Shown: positions 37,901-50,632 of the stretch, piece by piece
How the letters are laid out: each line of letters begins with the position of its first letter
How positions within the stretch are numbered: position 1 is the first letter of the stretch
Source of the DNA: Pocillopora damicornis
Lineage: Eukaryota
NCBI RefSeq assembly: GCF_003704095.1
Contig: NW_020846580.1
Span: forward strand, 1 to 64,000
Direction: 5' to 3'
DNA: 64,000 bases
Program-made: the position numbers and the translations under genes
Notes under the pieces: generated by a model
Databases searched by the model: none
Told to the model about the DNA's origin: nothing
What the model saw: only the letters and a program-made list of their open reading frames with translations

Positions 37901-40900
37901 GTAGAGCATTGGCGCGCAGGATCCGAAGGTCTAAGGTTCAATTCCTCATGGAGATTCATTTTTTTTTCTTTTTCCCATGCTCGTGACAAGACATCTTTCT
38001 CAAATTCTCCTTCTTGGGAAGTGTATAAGGATCAATGTATAGGGGCCATACTACAAAGTCTCCACACTAGATTTGATAATATTTATTAAATAAACATTTA
38101 ATTATATTTGTATTTTTTAATGCCTTATAATTTGAACATTTTATTTTTAGGAAAGTCAGTGGATCTCACAGAGTATGAAGCTGAAGCTGTGACCAGCCTG
38201 ATCAAGCTGTACATCAGAGAATTACCTGAAAATATACTCACCTCTGCACTGCTTCCAAAGTTCAATGAAATATCAGGTAAAAAAAAAAGGCATGCATTTA
38301 CACAGTGGATATGATGAATCTCAAACCGATATTAGTGCCTTTGAAGGGCAACTTTTACAAACCAACAGTGGTTAACCAAAAAAACCAGTTCAGGGTACTT
38401 GTGGTCAGTTTTTTTGAAATGAATCCTCCAATCTTCACTGAAATTAGATTTGATTGTTAAAATAATTACTTGAAATAATTACCTTGATTCAGTATGTGTA
38501 ATATTTGATAAATAAAAATTTTGTCAAAATATTATTTACAGCTACACAAGAAAGAAAAGATCAACTGGAGAAGGCCAAACTTCTGTTAGCAGAACTACCA
38601 GCATGTAACAGGACCTTGTTGGCTTGGCTGTTCACTCATATGTCACATGTTATAGAAAAGGTTTAAACATTTGATTTCTCTCCATCCTAACATCAGTATG
38701 CACATTCTCTATACTGTTCTCTATACATTTACTAAGGTGCTGACNNNNNNNNNNNNNNNNNNNNNNNNNNNNNNNNNNNNNNNNNNNNNNNNNNNNNNNN
38801 NNNNNNNNNNNNNNNNNNNNNNNNNNNNNNNNNNNNNNNNNNNNTGGCCAAACAAGAGGCAGTTCTCTCTCAACTTCATGAAGATCTCAACATGAAAACA
38901 GACAATTTGCAGGTAAGTAACACTTACTTCAGTTTTAAATCTTAATATGACATTGATTATTTTTGCACTCAACCTTTAAGTGGGTCACAGGAGTACTGCT
39001 ACTCTCCATTGGATGAGATGTCATGTTAAGCCCATAGGTTCCATTGATCAAATATAACACAGTCTTTGCTTTCAATTACTCTTGCTGTGGATATCGAATG
39101 GGAAAAAAAAGTCATTGGGAATGATGCTAATTACTGTAAGTTACAATTCCTGTGTTAATTTTGTTAATTTACTGCACGGAGTGTTTGTTTGTGTTACAGT
39201 TTGCAGGTCAAGATGAAATGCTCTGGGAAGTCCAACGGAAGGTGACCCTTCTCAAGAGAAAGGTATCTATTAAACTATTAACCCTTTAATTCCCAAGATC
39301 TGAGTGTTAATTCTCCCTTCTTGCTGCTTTAACTTTCCTTGTAAATTAGTTACAAGATTTTAGAGTTACATAAAGACAACAACTTCCACCTGATAAGTTG
39401 GAGTATTCTCTTTACCTGTTTACTGGAGAATTTATGGATATTATAGGGAGAACTGACATGTTAATCACTTCTGGAAGTTAAAGGGTTAAACATAATAACA
39501 TATATCTCTTAGAGAGTATCAGGTAGTTCTTTTGACTGTGAGCTAAGTGTCTTCCTTGTGTGTCTTTTGCAAAATAGACAATCCAATTATTACAGTAGGG
39601 TGGTTCTGTACGTGGTTCAGGGTTTTCTATAATATTTTTAGGTAACATATTCATAATCATTCCTAGTTTGCAAGACAGAACATAATTTTTCTTTTCTTTT
39701 TCTCACCCCATAGCTTAGGAATGCTAGGAAGAAAATTCCACAAACCCCACAACCAGTGGAACACCAGAAAACTCAAGTTACTGTTGAGAAGTTAGAACAT
39801 CCTTTTGAAAAACCAGCAGAGGATAATGGTAATTTATTCATATATGATGGGTGATTTCACTGGAAAGAAACTTATGTTTATCTGTTAAAATGTTTCAAAT
39901 TTGTCATAAGCTGTTTTGCCTTTATTTTTACCAACCTTGACTTCTTGATGTTATTTATTTCAACAAAATTACTGAAATTTTGAGACATGTGATGTTGAAA
40001 CTTCCTCCTGACAAGGGGTAGGGTGGAGTGCACCTTACAGCCCCCACCCAGCCCCTCTGGCTTTCTTCTTGGCTTGTGGAGGATAGAGTGCAAGCCAAAG
40101 AAGCCCCCTCCCCACCCCATTAAGTTTTGTCTTGATTTCCCAAGCAAATTAAATTGACATGGCTGAATCTTTTTTTAAATCTATTTTCAGGGTTAATTGC
40201 ACTTTTAGAAGCCTCTGAAGCAGAACTTTTACTTGAGCAAGAAGTAAGGGATGGTAACATTTTGATCTTTATTTTTTTCAATTAGCAGTGCTCCGAGTTG
40301 AAATACAGATTGAAACATATAAAGAAATTAGTGTGAAAATGCCAAAAGCTGCTTCATTTATGATTACAAACAAGTTCTCTTAGAACAATTGAGAGGACCA
40401 ACTATTGAACATCTGTGTAGCCATCTAAATATTTTCCTTTTCTTCTTTGGCAGGAGTTGACTCTAATTGGAAATGAGCTAAGGACACGGATTGAAAATGA
40501 GAGGAAAGAGATTGAAAGATTGAGTGTAAGTGTGTACATTCAAACTCTTAGAACCCCAAGATTTTAGGGCAAAACCTTTTAACAGACAACTATACCTGTT
40601 TATGTTTACTCTACACAAGATTGATGTTGTCTGCCAGGATAACCTTGTATTCATTCAACAATGTGAAATAACAGATTTAAACTAAGGCTTTAACCCTCTA
40701 ACTCTCAGAAGTGATTAACAAGTAACTTCTCCCTTCAATATCCATGCAATATCCAGCAAACTGGTAATGAGAATTCCCAAATGTGTTGGACAGAAGTTGT
40801 TTTCTTGATCTAACACTAAATTCTGGTAACTAATTTACAAGGAAATGTGTAGCAGCTAGAGGGGAGAATTGACAATTAGATCTTGGGAGTTAAAGGGTAA

Positions 40901-42453
40901 TTGGGAAAATATCAAGATTGTGCCTAGTATAGAAATTCACAAATTATGATTTTCCTGAAAAGAAAGATTGGAAATCTGCAAACCACTTTTCATGAGCCAG
41001 AATATTTAACAAAGGATATGCAAGCTAAAGAATTGAACAAGTGCTTACCTTTTCTCTTTTTTATTCTAAGAGTTTGATCACCAAGTGAAATTTTCGCTAG
41101 CTAGTTAATAATATTCTAATTGTTAGTATTTTCTTTGTTTGTTTTTTATGAGATTGTAATGTGTTTGTTATCATTAACCAGATGGAATTGACAGCTGCTA
41201 TGGCTGTAAGGGAACAAGATCCAGACTCCACTGCAGACAGAAGTTCAGAATCAGATTCATCTGATAGTGAAGTTGTATCCTTTCCTGTGGTAGTTCTATC
41301 TCTGCCTACAAACACCACACACTTTAAGAAGAATACCAATAAAATACCTATATGCACCTGGTGAAGGGCTAATGCTCCCCTTTTATGCCTCATTTTTAAC
41401 CTCATTAATATTCATGGATGCCTTGGTCTCTTCAGCTGAGAGTATTTCTGATTCCAAGGTGTATTTCTGCACAAGACTTAAGGGTGTTTTGTCTGATACA
41501 CAGAGTTCTTACAGTCATGAATTTTAGAGAAAAAAATTTATCCCATGTTGGTGAATGACACACTTTATCAGAAAATTGCTCTTCACTGGAGTTTTTTTCC
41601 TTTACAATGTAATTTATAAAAATAATTGTCACAATTTATCCTTTACTTCATAAAATAAAGGAAAATGAGGATGACCTTGAAAGAATTTTGGCAGAGCTTA
41701 TTGCACAAAATGCAGAACTGGAGGTATGCTACATTTTATTTTCAATTCCTGTTTTCCTAAAATTCACTGTATACCTTCTTACCAAATGAATTCAACACTA
41801 ACTTGACTATTTAAATTTGACACATTTAATTTCTATTTTTAAAACAGCGTAAGAACACAGAACTCTGCCGTAATATTCATGACGAAAGAGAAGTTTGTGT
41901 AGAGCTTCAGGTACAGATCAAAATTCTTGAAGCCAAGCAAGAGCAGCAGACAGATCCTGATCTCCAGGATCAGAACACAGAAATCAGGTACTTTACATTG
42001 TTTCACTATCAACTTGTCAGAACTGGGGATTGTGAGGGTTTATCAGTTATTTCCTGTTCCTTTGTTTTCAGCAAATTACTTTTGTTTTTTCATCACCAAT
42101 TCTATGACAAGATCGTGGCAAGTAAATTACTTGACTATCCATCACTAGAAAAGGAAACTTAAAAATTGCATTTTCTGTCTGGTATGTTGTTAGCTTTGGA
42201 ACCTTGCATTTTTAGGGACAAAATTGTTTTGTCTTAGAATTCTGACCATTTGTATGTAAGCAAATAACAAATGAAAATCAAACTCCTATGAAATGTTTTA
42301 AGCTAAGAAAAAATCTGCACAATAACATGTACATTCTTTTTCTTTTCCATTTACTTTTTCTTTTACAAGAATTATCATGTGAAACTCTACCTGGATTGTT
42401 TATTTTTTAGCAGCTCAATCAACACTTCCAGCTCTACAGTAACTACAGTCTGA
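34941..42453 (+). CDS. RALBP1: RalA-binding protein 1 (RhoGAP, Ral-binding and coiled-coil domains)
   Basis: Exons include 34941-35056, 36389-36543 (Lys-rich), 37021-37134 (VFGVPLEVAV..DGVELPRVFRE), 37344-37421 (EGIYRVSG, arginine finger), 38151-38276 (KLYIRELPE), 38542-38660, [gap], 38845-38912, 39200-39262 (LWEVQR), further coiled-coil exons, and a last exon 42411-42453. Confidence 0.9.
37587..38000 (+). mobile_element. tRNA-derived SINE-like element, 1.5 tandem units, nested in a MITE
   Basis: Units start at 37587 and 37851 (264-bp period), each with an A box (TGGCTYAG..GTAGAGC) and a B box (GGTTCRATTCC). CAAATTCTC flanks both ends (37578-37586 and 38001-38009). An antisense partial copy lies at ~31430-31580. 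Confidence 0.75.
39278..39489. mobile_element. TTAA-flanked MITE
   Basis: TTAACCCTTTAATTCCC...GGAAGTTAAAGGGTTAA. Confidence 0.8.
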
Positions 42454-43555
42454 TATAAAAGCATGTACAGATCTTGATCTGTTTAATGGATTGGTTGGTT
42501 GGCCTTCAAATGAGTGATGAAAAACTATCTGAGGACACATCAGCATCACACCACAGGCACACCATGTAGCACCACTGACAGGCTAAGTACCAGGTTGTAC
42601 CATTACTCAGCCAGTTTTTGTCATGTACTGGATGTAAAAGCTGCACCTTAAGCCTCTAATAAATACTATAGTATTAGTTTTATAAGGCGGTAATGATGAA
42701 ATGGCTTGAATAACAGCCAGCATATCTGCTCATAAAATTGGTTAACTCATTGCAAATTTGAGGATGCTCTGGACCCACAATTCACTATGAATAGTTTTTA
42801 CAACATTTTGAAGTAAATGAATTCTGATATGCTAACTATTCATAATTTTCCTTACCAGTATAATTGCGAATCAAGAATTTATGTAAAAATTGAATTAACA
42901 AATTCCTTGCTTGTTTGATATTTACTTTTTATTAATGAAATTTTTGTTTGCAATATAAACTTTACTAAGTTAGTGGTATACAAAGTTGCATTTTTTAGTA
43001 TACAGTCACCACATAGTTACAATATAATACAACAGTTCTGTTTGCATTAATCTTTTACTCCCAAGACTGATAAATGATACCTAAATGTCTGAAAATTAAT
43101 TGCTCTGGGAAAAAAAGAGGAAATTCAAGAATCCTGACATGTATGATATGTTGTCTCAATAAAGAACAAAACAAATTTTCTAGACTCTCAAACCAAAAGA
43201 CATAATATAGCACATTGCAATCTGCAATAAATTACAGGTATCAAGAAGTCACATATCTTGAGAGTGAAATGGTTCTCTAATTGCTACAAAAATACTTTGA
43301 AGTTTTCTTTGATTTTTGTAACTTGGGTGCATCATTTATTTACTTAATTAACTTCCAAACTTCATCTACCTTTTTACTGAATCTTCCAAGAATGTAATAT
43401 TTTTCATCAGTCACTTTCTTGGCTGTAATTAGCAAGATCCTGATTTCTAATTTTGTTTTTCAAGAACAGTGTAAATTTATGTATAGATTGTTTAAAAACT
43501 CATTTCACACCTAAGTTTTATAAAACAATAGAAAAGTGCAGTAAGCCCTGTAAGC

Positions 43556-43763
43556 TCAATCCTTCAACTCCCATGAGTGACCAAGACAGAATTTCTCCTT
43601 ACAATATCAATACAATATCAACCAGACAAGTGTTGAGAATAAAGAAAAATATCAATTTGGAGATTAGTTGACCCAATGCTAAATTCTCTGAACTAACATT
43701 ATAAGAAGAGTATGGTTGACAGTAAGGAGAATTACAAATTTGATCTGGGAGTTAAAGGGTTAA
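43556..43763. mobile_element. TTAA-type MITE
   Basis: TCAATCCTTCAACTCCC...GGGAGTTAAAGGGTTAA. Confidence 0.75.
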
Positions 43764-44499
43764 AGTTAATTTATGTGGGGCAAAGCTCTGCTCTCATTCC
43801 TCAGTAATAAAAAAAGTAAATTAAATAGGGATGTCCATAGCCATTAATATTATTCCAATACACCCAATATCATTTAAAGGAGATTATTAGATGTATTAAA
43901 TACAAAATTTGTTAATTAATTCATAAATAAATTTACTATTGTGACCTATAACTATGTGTCTCTGTTGTTATTTTTATTTATGCATTTGACAACAGGATGT
44001 ATATATATTCCTGTAGTTGTAACAGTTTACAAATGACAAATTCATTTAACCTGCTCTTTGTCACCTTTGGTGAATAATTGATTAATAACCAACTAGTCTT
44101 TCACTAGCCAACCAATACATCAAGACGGTTTCTTACAAAACTAAAAACCCAGTAAAAATGAATTTAACATCTCTTCCTTTACTTGATGACAAAGCTTTAA
44201 AACAACTAATTCCTCCTCTTTTGTCATGATGCAAATTTAGCGACAAATTTAGTCAAATTTCTTACTTCCCAGGCTAAAATTTTAATATAAAAGATGTTCC
44301 ATTCTTAGCACTTGCTATGTGACAGACAGATTATTTCAGAAAGAGCCAATTGCTTAATGCTCTTGATAATGACTCATCATAAATAAATTGGCTCACTCAT
44401 AAGTCATAACATATCCTTGTGCTAAAAAATGAATCACTTGCTTCCCACATTATGTTATGAGGCTTTAATTTATCTTTTAACAAAATCCAATTAGGACTG

Positions 44500-47400
44500 C
44501 TACCTCTCACTAACTGACACCAAATCAACTGAAGATGAAAACCCATTCAGGGCATCCAGGGATTTGCCTGCTATCTTGGTGGCTTCAACTCCCTGAGCTA
44601 AAGCATCCTCCCATGATGCATTTGGTGAGGTTGATGTAGGAGCTTAAAACAAAAAAAATATGAAGTGATAAATGGGTCATGAAAGGATACTTTCTGGTGA
44701 AATGTGCTCTCTCCTTTGAGACAAAAGTACTGTATTTCTTTGATTAAACATCATGGTGTTTATTAGATTTTTTGTGATTCTAGTAAGGTGTTTATTAAAG
44801 GGTGGTGTTCATGCAAGGGTAGTGTTTATTTTGAAAAACAGAAACATGTTTTAGTGCTTGTCTAAAAAGATATTTTTTATATAGTTCTCAATTTCACAAT
44901 TTGCATGTAAATACTATTGCAATACATAAAGTGAATAAAGATATTTTGAACATGCTTTCTCTACATCAGAGCTGGTACATTCAAAAGGATTTGTGTCTGG
45001 TTCCCTCAAAATTTCCAACTGCAATTGAAGCATTGATCGTTGTGTGCTTTTTGAGTCTATTATTCAAATAAATGCTGCATGATGAAGTGGGATTAATTCA
45101 AGGATGGCATTTATTAATATTTCAGCCCTAAAATGCAGTGTTTATTTGAGGGTGGCATTTAATCGAACCATTGCGGTACCAGTAACAAATGTGTACTTTA
45201 TTTCAAAAGGATTCACACACTAAGTTAATTCAAACTTTGCACTAACAAAATTTAAGCAATCTTCTAAAGGAGAGTTAATCAGCCGACCCAAACTCCCTGA
45301 TATCTGACACTGTTTTCACTTCAATTGGGCCAGATTGATGGGCTCTTCTAGTTGGTTGTGTGGTTTATTGGAATGAAATATCTCAAAAGTAGTGATTAAA
45401 AGCAGCTGTAGATGTAAATTTAAGTCCATAATTTCAAAATATCAAACTTACAAGTGAAGGGACTGGATCCCCCAAGAGATCGTGCTTTTACTTTCTCTAG
45501 AAAGGCGTCAAAGTCTTCAACATCGAGATCATTGCTAAGAACACACCAAGAAAGAAGCAAAAAAATAACATTATTTACCCCAGAATTAAAAGAAAAAAAA
45601 CACTACGGTACAAGAATTTCTCTGCATCCTAGAAAAATAAGCAAAATGAACCAGCAAGAGGTCTTCAAGGGGTCTAGCAATCATTATTTATGTCAGACCC
45701 CTGGCAAGCCTCTCCCTAAATCACCTAAACTCTTCCCACAGGTGGAGAAAATGGACTTCCTGCAGCACTAATAGTGAGGGCTGCTCACAAGCTAGATTTG
45801 CTGCAGAACTTGCTGAGCATGTTTAAAAAATTGACACATGAAATGATTAAGGGATGGGGGGGGGGAAGGGTGGAGCTAAAGGGTGTTTCCCTCAAGAGGC
45901 ATGCAGCTACCAGTAAGTCCAAAAACCACGAAACTGACCCAGTTTAAAACCAAAATAACCATACTTTGTAACACAGCTCAAACATGTTCAGGCCAACTAA
46001 GAAAGTGGCCTTTCTCGCCAATGAATATCTCATACCTGTCCACACTAACTCCATCATCTGACAGCCAAGAAGATAAAGATGAATCTTCTAAGAAACCTCT
46101 GCGTACTCTTTTATCCTTTTCTTTTGATGCTTTATTTTCCTACACAAGTAAAAATTATTAATGAACCTATTGAATATAAGGTAAATAAGCAGATAGCTGT
46201 TTTTTATACAGCCAAAACTTCTGTTTCATCTTCCTTTTTACCCACTACAAGCCTCTGGGTCTCCTTGGATTATTGCATAGTTTTACTACTGTTAAAAGAG
46301 CATTTACTCCTCTAAATCTATCAGAAATTATTCCTAACCACATCTACTGAGACAAGAAAACTTATCTTTGACAATGATTTGTGAGGGAAAATTTTTTGAA
46401 GATAACTTCCCTTGAAACATTTACATATTTCTTATGTTCTCACCCATAGCAAGTTTTTCCTTGACATTCTTCCTGGTTCAAAAACTGGCATATTAGGTGT
46501 TGAATAAGAGCAAAAGTTGAGACAGAAAATGCCTGCACTGGTGGCCAAATAGGAAGTCAGAAGAATTTTTCTTACCTCCATCTGTCTGGCCTGTTTAGCC
46601 ACACGCGCTGCTTCTCTTTTAGCCTCATAGTACGCCTTAAAAAACCAATGTATGCATGAATTAATAAACATTCAGATAAACTTTTTGAAGGATTTAGATG
46701 GGGTGGGGGAGGAGTTTTTCGAGGTGAGAATTTGATATAAATAGCAATCAATTATTTAAGATGTGAGAAACTATCAAAATCACCTCCTCTTCAAGTCGTA
46801 AATCCTCTTCTCGTCGAGATAACTGTGCATCAATTTCTGCATCTACTTTCTTCTGCTGTTCAACCAGGTCATTGTATCTCTTCTGTGTGATCAGTTCCGT
46901 TTCTGTTTCCGTTAAAATCCGTCTGGAAATGAGAAACAGGAAAAACATCACATATCCAGCTTACATCTACAACACATNNNNNNNNNNNNNNNNNNNNNNN
47001 NNNNNNNNNNNNNNNNNNNNNNNNNNNNNNNNNNNNNNNNNNNNNNNNNNNNNNNNNNNNNNNNNNNNNNNNNNNNNGGGGGGGGGAGTGGTTAGATGGG
47101 AGAGTCACAAGAGGTGAGAGGTGAAAACAGGAAGTTGGAAGACTACAGAAAGTAGGAGAGTAAAGAAAAATTGTGGAAATTTCTATGTTATTAATGAGTG
47201 ATGTTTTAAAAGAAGGGATAGGGGATAGGATTATAAAAATCACTCTCCCCCACCCCCCCTCAGTTTTGCTAACTTATCATGGGGCATTGCTCTGGGAAGG
47301 GGAGGGTGATAACATGTTGCAAAGGTTTTTCTAGTAGATTTCGAAACCTAGCGACTTTTCTTTTTTTTATTTTTTGGCTGTAAAAGCAGTGCTCTCCCCT

Positions 47401-47837
47401 GCCCCCCCCTCACCACACTTGACCCTTCTAACCCTGGAAAATTTTGACTCATGAAGGCAACTATCTACTGCGTTAATTACTTGCATTTTCTCACAAGTCG
47501 ATACAAAAGAGCTGAGTCAATCAAGTCAGCTTGAAAGTCCTGCTCAATACAACCGTAAATTTGTGCAAGATTATATTATGTTTGGACATCCAGTCTTAAC
47601 TCGTAACTAACAAGGGATCTTACCTCGATACTCAATTCCTTTTCACTATATCTTGCACGTCTGTAAGTCCTGTGAATTAACGATGACACAACTTGAACTA
47701 CCGGCTACAAAAATACAACAACTGCAATTTCAACAAGGCTATATCACAATTTACCTTCCTCGAAGATGTGCCGGCCGGCGTAATTTCCTTAATTCTTCGC
47801 TGAATATACCCCAGCATCCTCTCATACAGCTAGCCAT
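44500..47837 (-). CDS. AP1AR: AP-1 complex-associated regulatory protein (gadkin)
   Basis: Exons 47837-47755 (MASCMRGCWGIFSEELRKL), 47669-47624 (..ELSIE), [exon probably in gap 46978-47077], 46922-46784 (YNDLVEQQKKVDAEI..LRLEEE), 46635-46576 (AYYEAKREAARVAKQ), 46139-46036, 45534-45452 (EDFDAFLEKVK) and 44642-44500 (SWED). Confidence 0.82.
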
Positions 47838-48334
47838 TTTGAATTCCGGAGTTTCTATTTATATATTGTGGTCATTGTCGACGATCTCAGCTGTTGTTGT
47901 AGCGAAATTTCCGTCATATGCGTGGCACATGACTGCTGGTGACTAATGGTTACCCACAAAGCCGTGCAAACCTTCTTTCGCTTTGTTGCCTAAATTTACA
48001 CCAAATGTAACAAAAAATTAAAAAAGCATGTGAAATCAAATAGAAGTTTTTGATACAATGTAAAAGCTTATGTGGAGTCTCTGAGATTTTGGTGTTTCGA
48101 ATGTCTTATATGCTCCTTCTTCCAGCTAAAGCACTATATGATAATTACACAACATATTATTTTGGCTAAACACACCTCTGTACAAATATATTGCAGTTCA
48201 AATAACTTTTGGTAAGGACATTGTATTTAGTCATATACAACGTTTTCTTCCGAGTATAAAGGAAATTTTAGAACATGGCGTCTTTCACGTAAAATTTCGG
48301 TTTTAGTCGGACTTTGTAAGAAGTAGAGTGAAAG

Positions 48335-48923
48335 ATGGTCTATTTCGACTCGTGGGATGAATTTGCAGCAGCAGTTGAACAGTTGTGTGTAGCTGAGCCG
48401 AAAAAGGTTGGTAATAGTTAGACTCATTTTACACTCGAAAAATACACGTGAATTAAGGGAACAGATGACGTGTAAAAGAGAAAGTTATATTTCTCATGTT
48501 CTTCTTTTTATTTCAGTTTCGGTTCGTCGTCAAGTATCGCCATTGTGATGGGAAGCTTGTTCTTAAGGGAACAGATGACCAAGTGGTAAAGTTGAAGTTA
48601 TACTAAATAAATTAACAATTACGACAACTTGAAAGTTTTTTTTTGCATTTAACATTTGAATGGAAATATTTGGGGAAAAGGGGTTCAGAGTTATTGTTTG
48701 TTTTTGGCCAGAAATAGACACTGCTACAATGGAGTTTATTTCAGACATTCCTTCTTTTGAAAATTCGGGGAAAACTGGAACGTAATGATTATCAGAAAGT
48801 GTCATTCCTCTGTTAATTATCATCATCTTGCAGTGCTTGAAATACAGAACAGAGCAACAACAGGATATAAAGAAACTAGAAAAGCTGAATAGTGTTTTGA
48901 TGAGACATACTGCAGCCAAGTGA
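48335..48923 (+). CDS. SRP9: Signal recognition particle 9 kDa protein, 76 aa (missed by the ORF track)
   Basis: Exons 48335-48406, 48517-48585 and 48834-48923 give MVYFDSWDEFAAAVEQLCVAEPKKFRFVVKYRHCDGKLVLKGTDDQVCLKYRTEQQQDIKKLEKLNSVLMRHTAAK*, with SRP9 signatures KYRH.DG, TDD..CL.Y.T.Q.QD.KK.EK. Confidence 0.93.
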
Positions 48924-49461
48924 AACAGGAAGCCAAGATTCATTCACAAATATTGCAGCACAAAAGATTTGGAAATATTTACCATGGTGTGGAATCGTGG
49001 TTAAAGGACAATGGATCAGTTACTGGCCATATTTATTATTCATCATTACTATAATCGAGCAGCATAGGCAATCCTTTGGAACTGCAGTTGTTTGAAATAT
49101 TGTATTTAGCATTTAATTTTGTTTCTATGATATTTTTGTAATTTTTCATCAGTGACAAAAAATTTAAAATTACAATGAATACAGACTAGAACTGAAAATA
49201 TTTTAAAAATTTTTGTTGGACTACAAAGCAGTAATAAATACTGGTATATAAAGAACCCAATTGCTTGGTTTTCCTGTATGAACTAGAAAATACGAATTCT
49301 GTTGGCTTAAACTACAAGCAGTCCTTCATTTTCCACAGAGTTCGTTTTCCAGTAGAGAAAATTTTGTTAGTCCTAACGTCAGTCTCCTTTACACTGGTAA
49401 TTCTTTGACTTGTACAAGGGACCTCCCCAAAAAGGAGGAACTGCTGTAGTTAATCTTGTTG

Positions 49462-49672
49462 TTAACCCTTTAACTCCCAAGATCTCACTAGTAATTCTCC
49501 TTACTTTCCACCAAATGATTCTCATTATGTTAGTTTGGAGAACTGGTATTGAATCAATTAGTACCCCCATGATTGATATTTTTCTTTATTCTCATCACTT
49601 GTCTGCATGATAATGTGTAGATATAGTAAGGAGAAATTCTGTCTTGGTCACTCATGGGAGTTAAAGGGTTAA
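49462..49672. mobile_element. TTAA-flanked MITE with intact TIRs
   Basis: TTAACCCTTTAACTCCCA...TGGGAGTTAAAGGGTTAA, a perfect 18-bp inverted match including TTAA. Confidence 0.85.
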
Positions 49673-50497
49673 TGATAGGTAACCCTAGCAGTCTTCACAT
49701 TCCCCTATCCTGATGGATTAGGGAAAGTGGTTCATATTATTGACAGAAGTACAAAGAAAGTTGAATAACGAGGAAGCAACTGCAGAGAACGAATCGAGTT
49801 TCGGTACTCACAAAGAAAGGTGGTTCTAAGGGTTTTTTTTAAAGGGAGGGGGAAGCCTGTTATGGTATGACTGAGGGGTGGCCACTTCTTGTTACCTACC
49901 TCATACTTCCTGCTTCTGTTTGATTCATCCTGTCAGTCCTTCCCCCATTAATCCATGCCCCAAGAAAAAGGCTGCACCCTAATTGACACTCAAAAAGGAC
50001 CCATAACTTACACTAAACAATGCTTAAATTTATGCCAATCATGCAGTAGAGCAAGGTCCACTACATTGACCAGCAATAGCAGATGTAGTAACTGAAAGGT
50101 TTAATAATTTAAATTTTTCTTTTATTTCATAGTTCCCTTTGCCAAGTGTCCACTGTACTTTTTAAACCTTGAGCCCTAACTTTACTCTATCTATACAAAA
50201 GCCATGCCTTATCAAAATATATTACACCCTCCACTCTACAGCTAAAGTTTACACTAAAAATTTTTATAAAATTGTTACCCACTGAGGTTTTTGATTAAAG
50301 GGAAAATGGAGAAACCTCTGACAACAAGGCTAGCTTCCTTAAGATAACAGGTTGTGATAGCAATCAAAAAACTGACATTTAGCAGATAACAATTAGCTAG
50401 TTAGGGTTGTAAGGGGAAACAGCATTTTAAAGTGCCAGGAAAGGAGATGATCTTTCTTAGGTTTGTACACTATGAATTTTGGTCCTAATTTGGTTCA

Positions 50498-50632
50498 CCT
50501 GGGCCCAGTTGTATAAAGGGAAGAAAACGCTTTCCAGCAGATAAGTGATAGTAAAACTTATAGTATTATCAACTGTATAAGAGTTTTATCCAGAGAATAG
50601 CACTTATCAACCTTCAAACAACTGGGGCAAGG
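50498..50632. mobile_element. Short palindromic MITE
   Basis: CCTGGGCCCAGTTGT...ACAACTGGGGCAAGG inverted termini, with an internal GATAAGTG/CACTTATC pair. Confidence 0.6.

Noticed and set aside
37615-37960. Two additional tRNA genes
   Set aside because: A and B boxes are present but the cloverleaves are broken, and both lie in a repeated unit with a TSD, so they are SINE heads.
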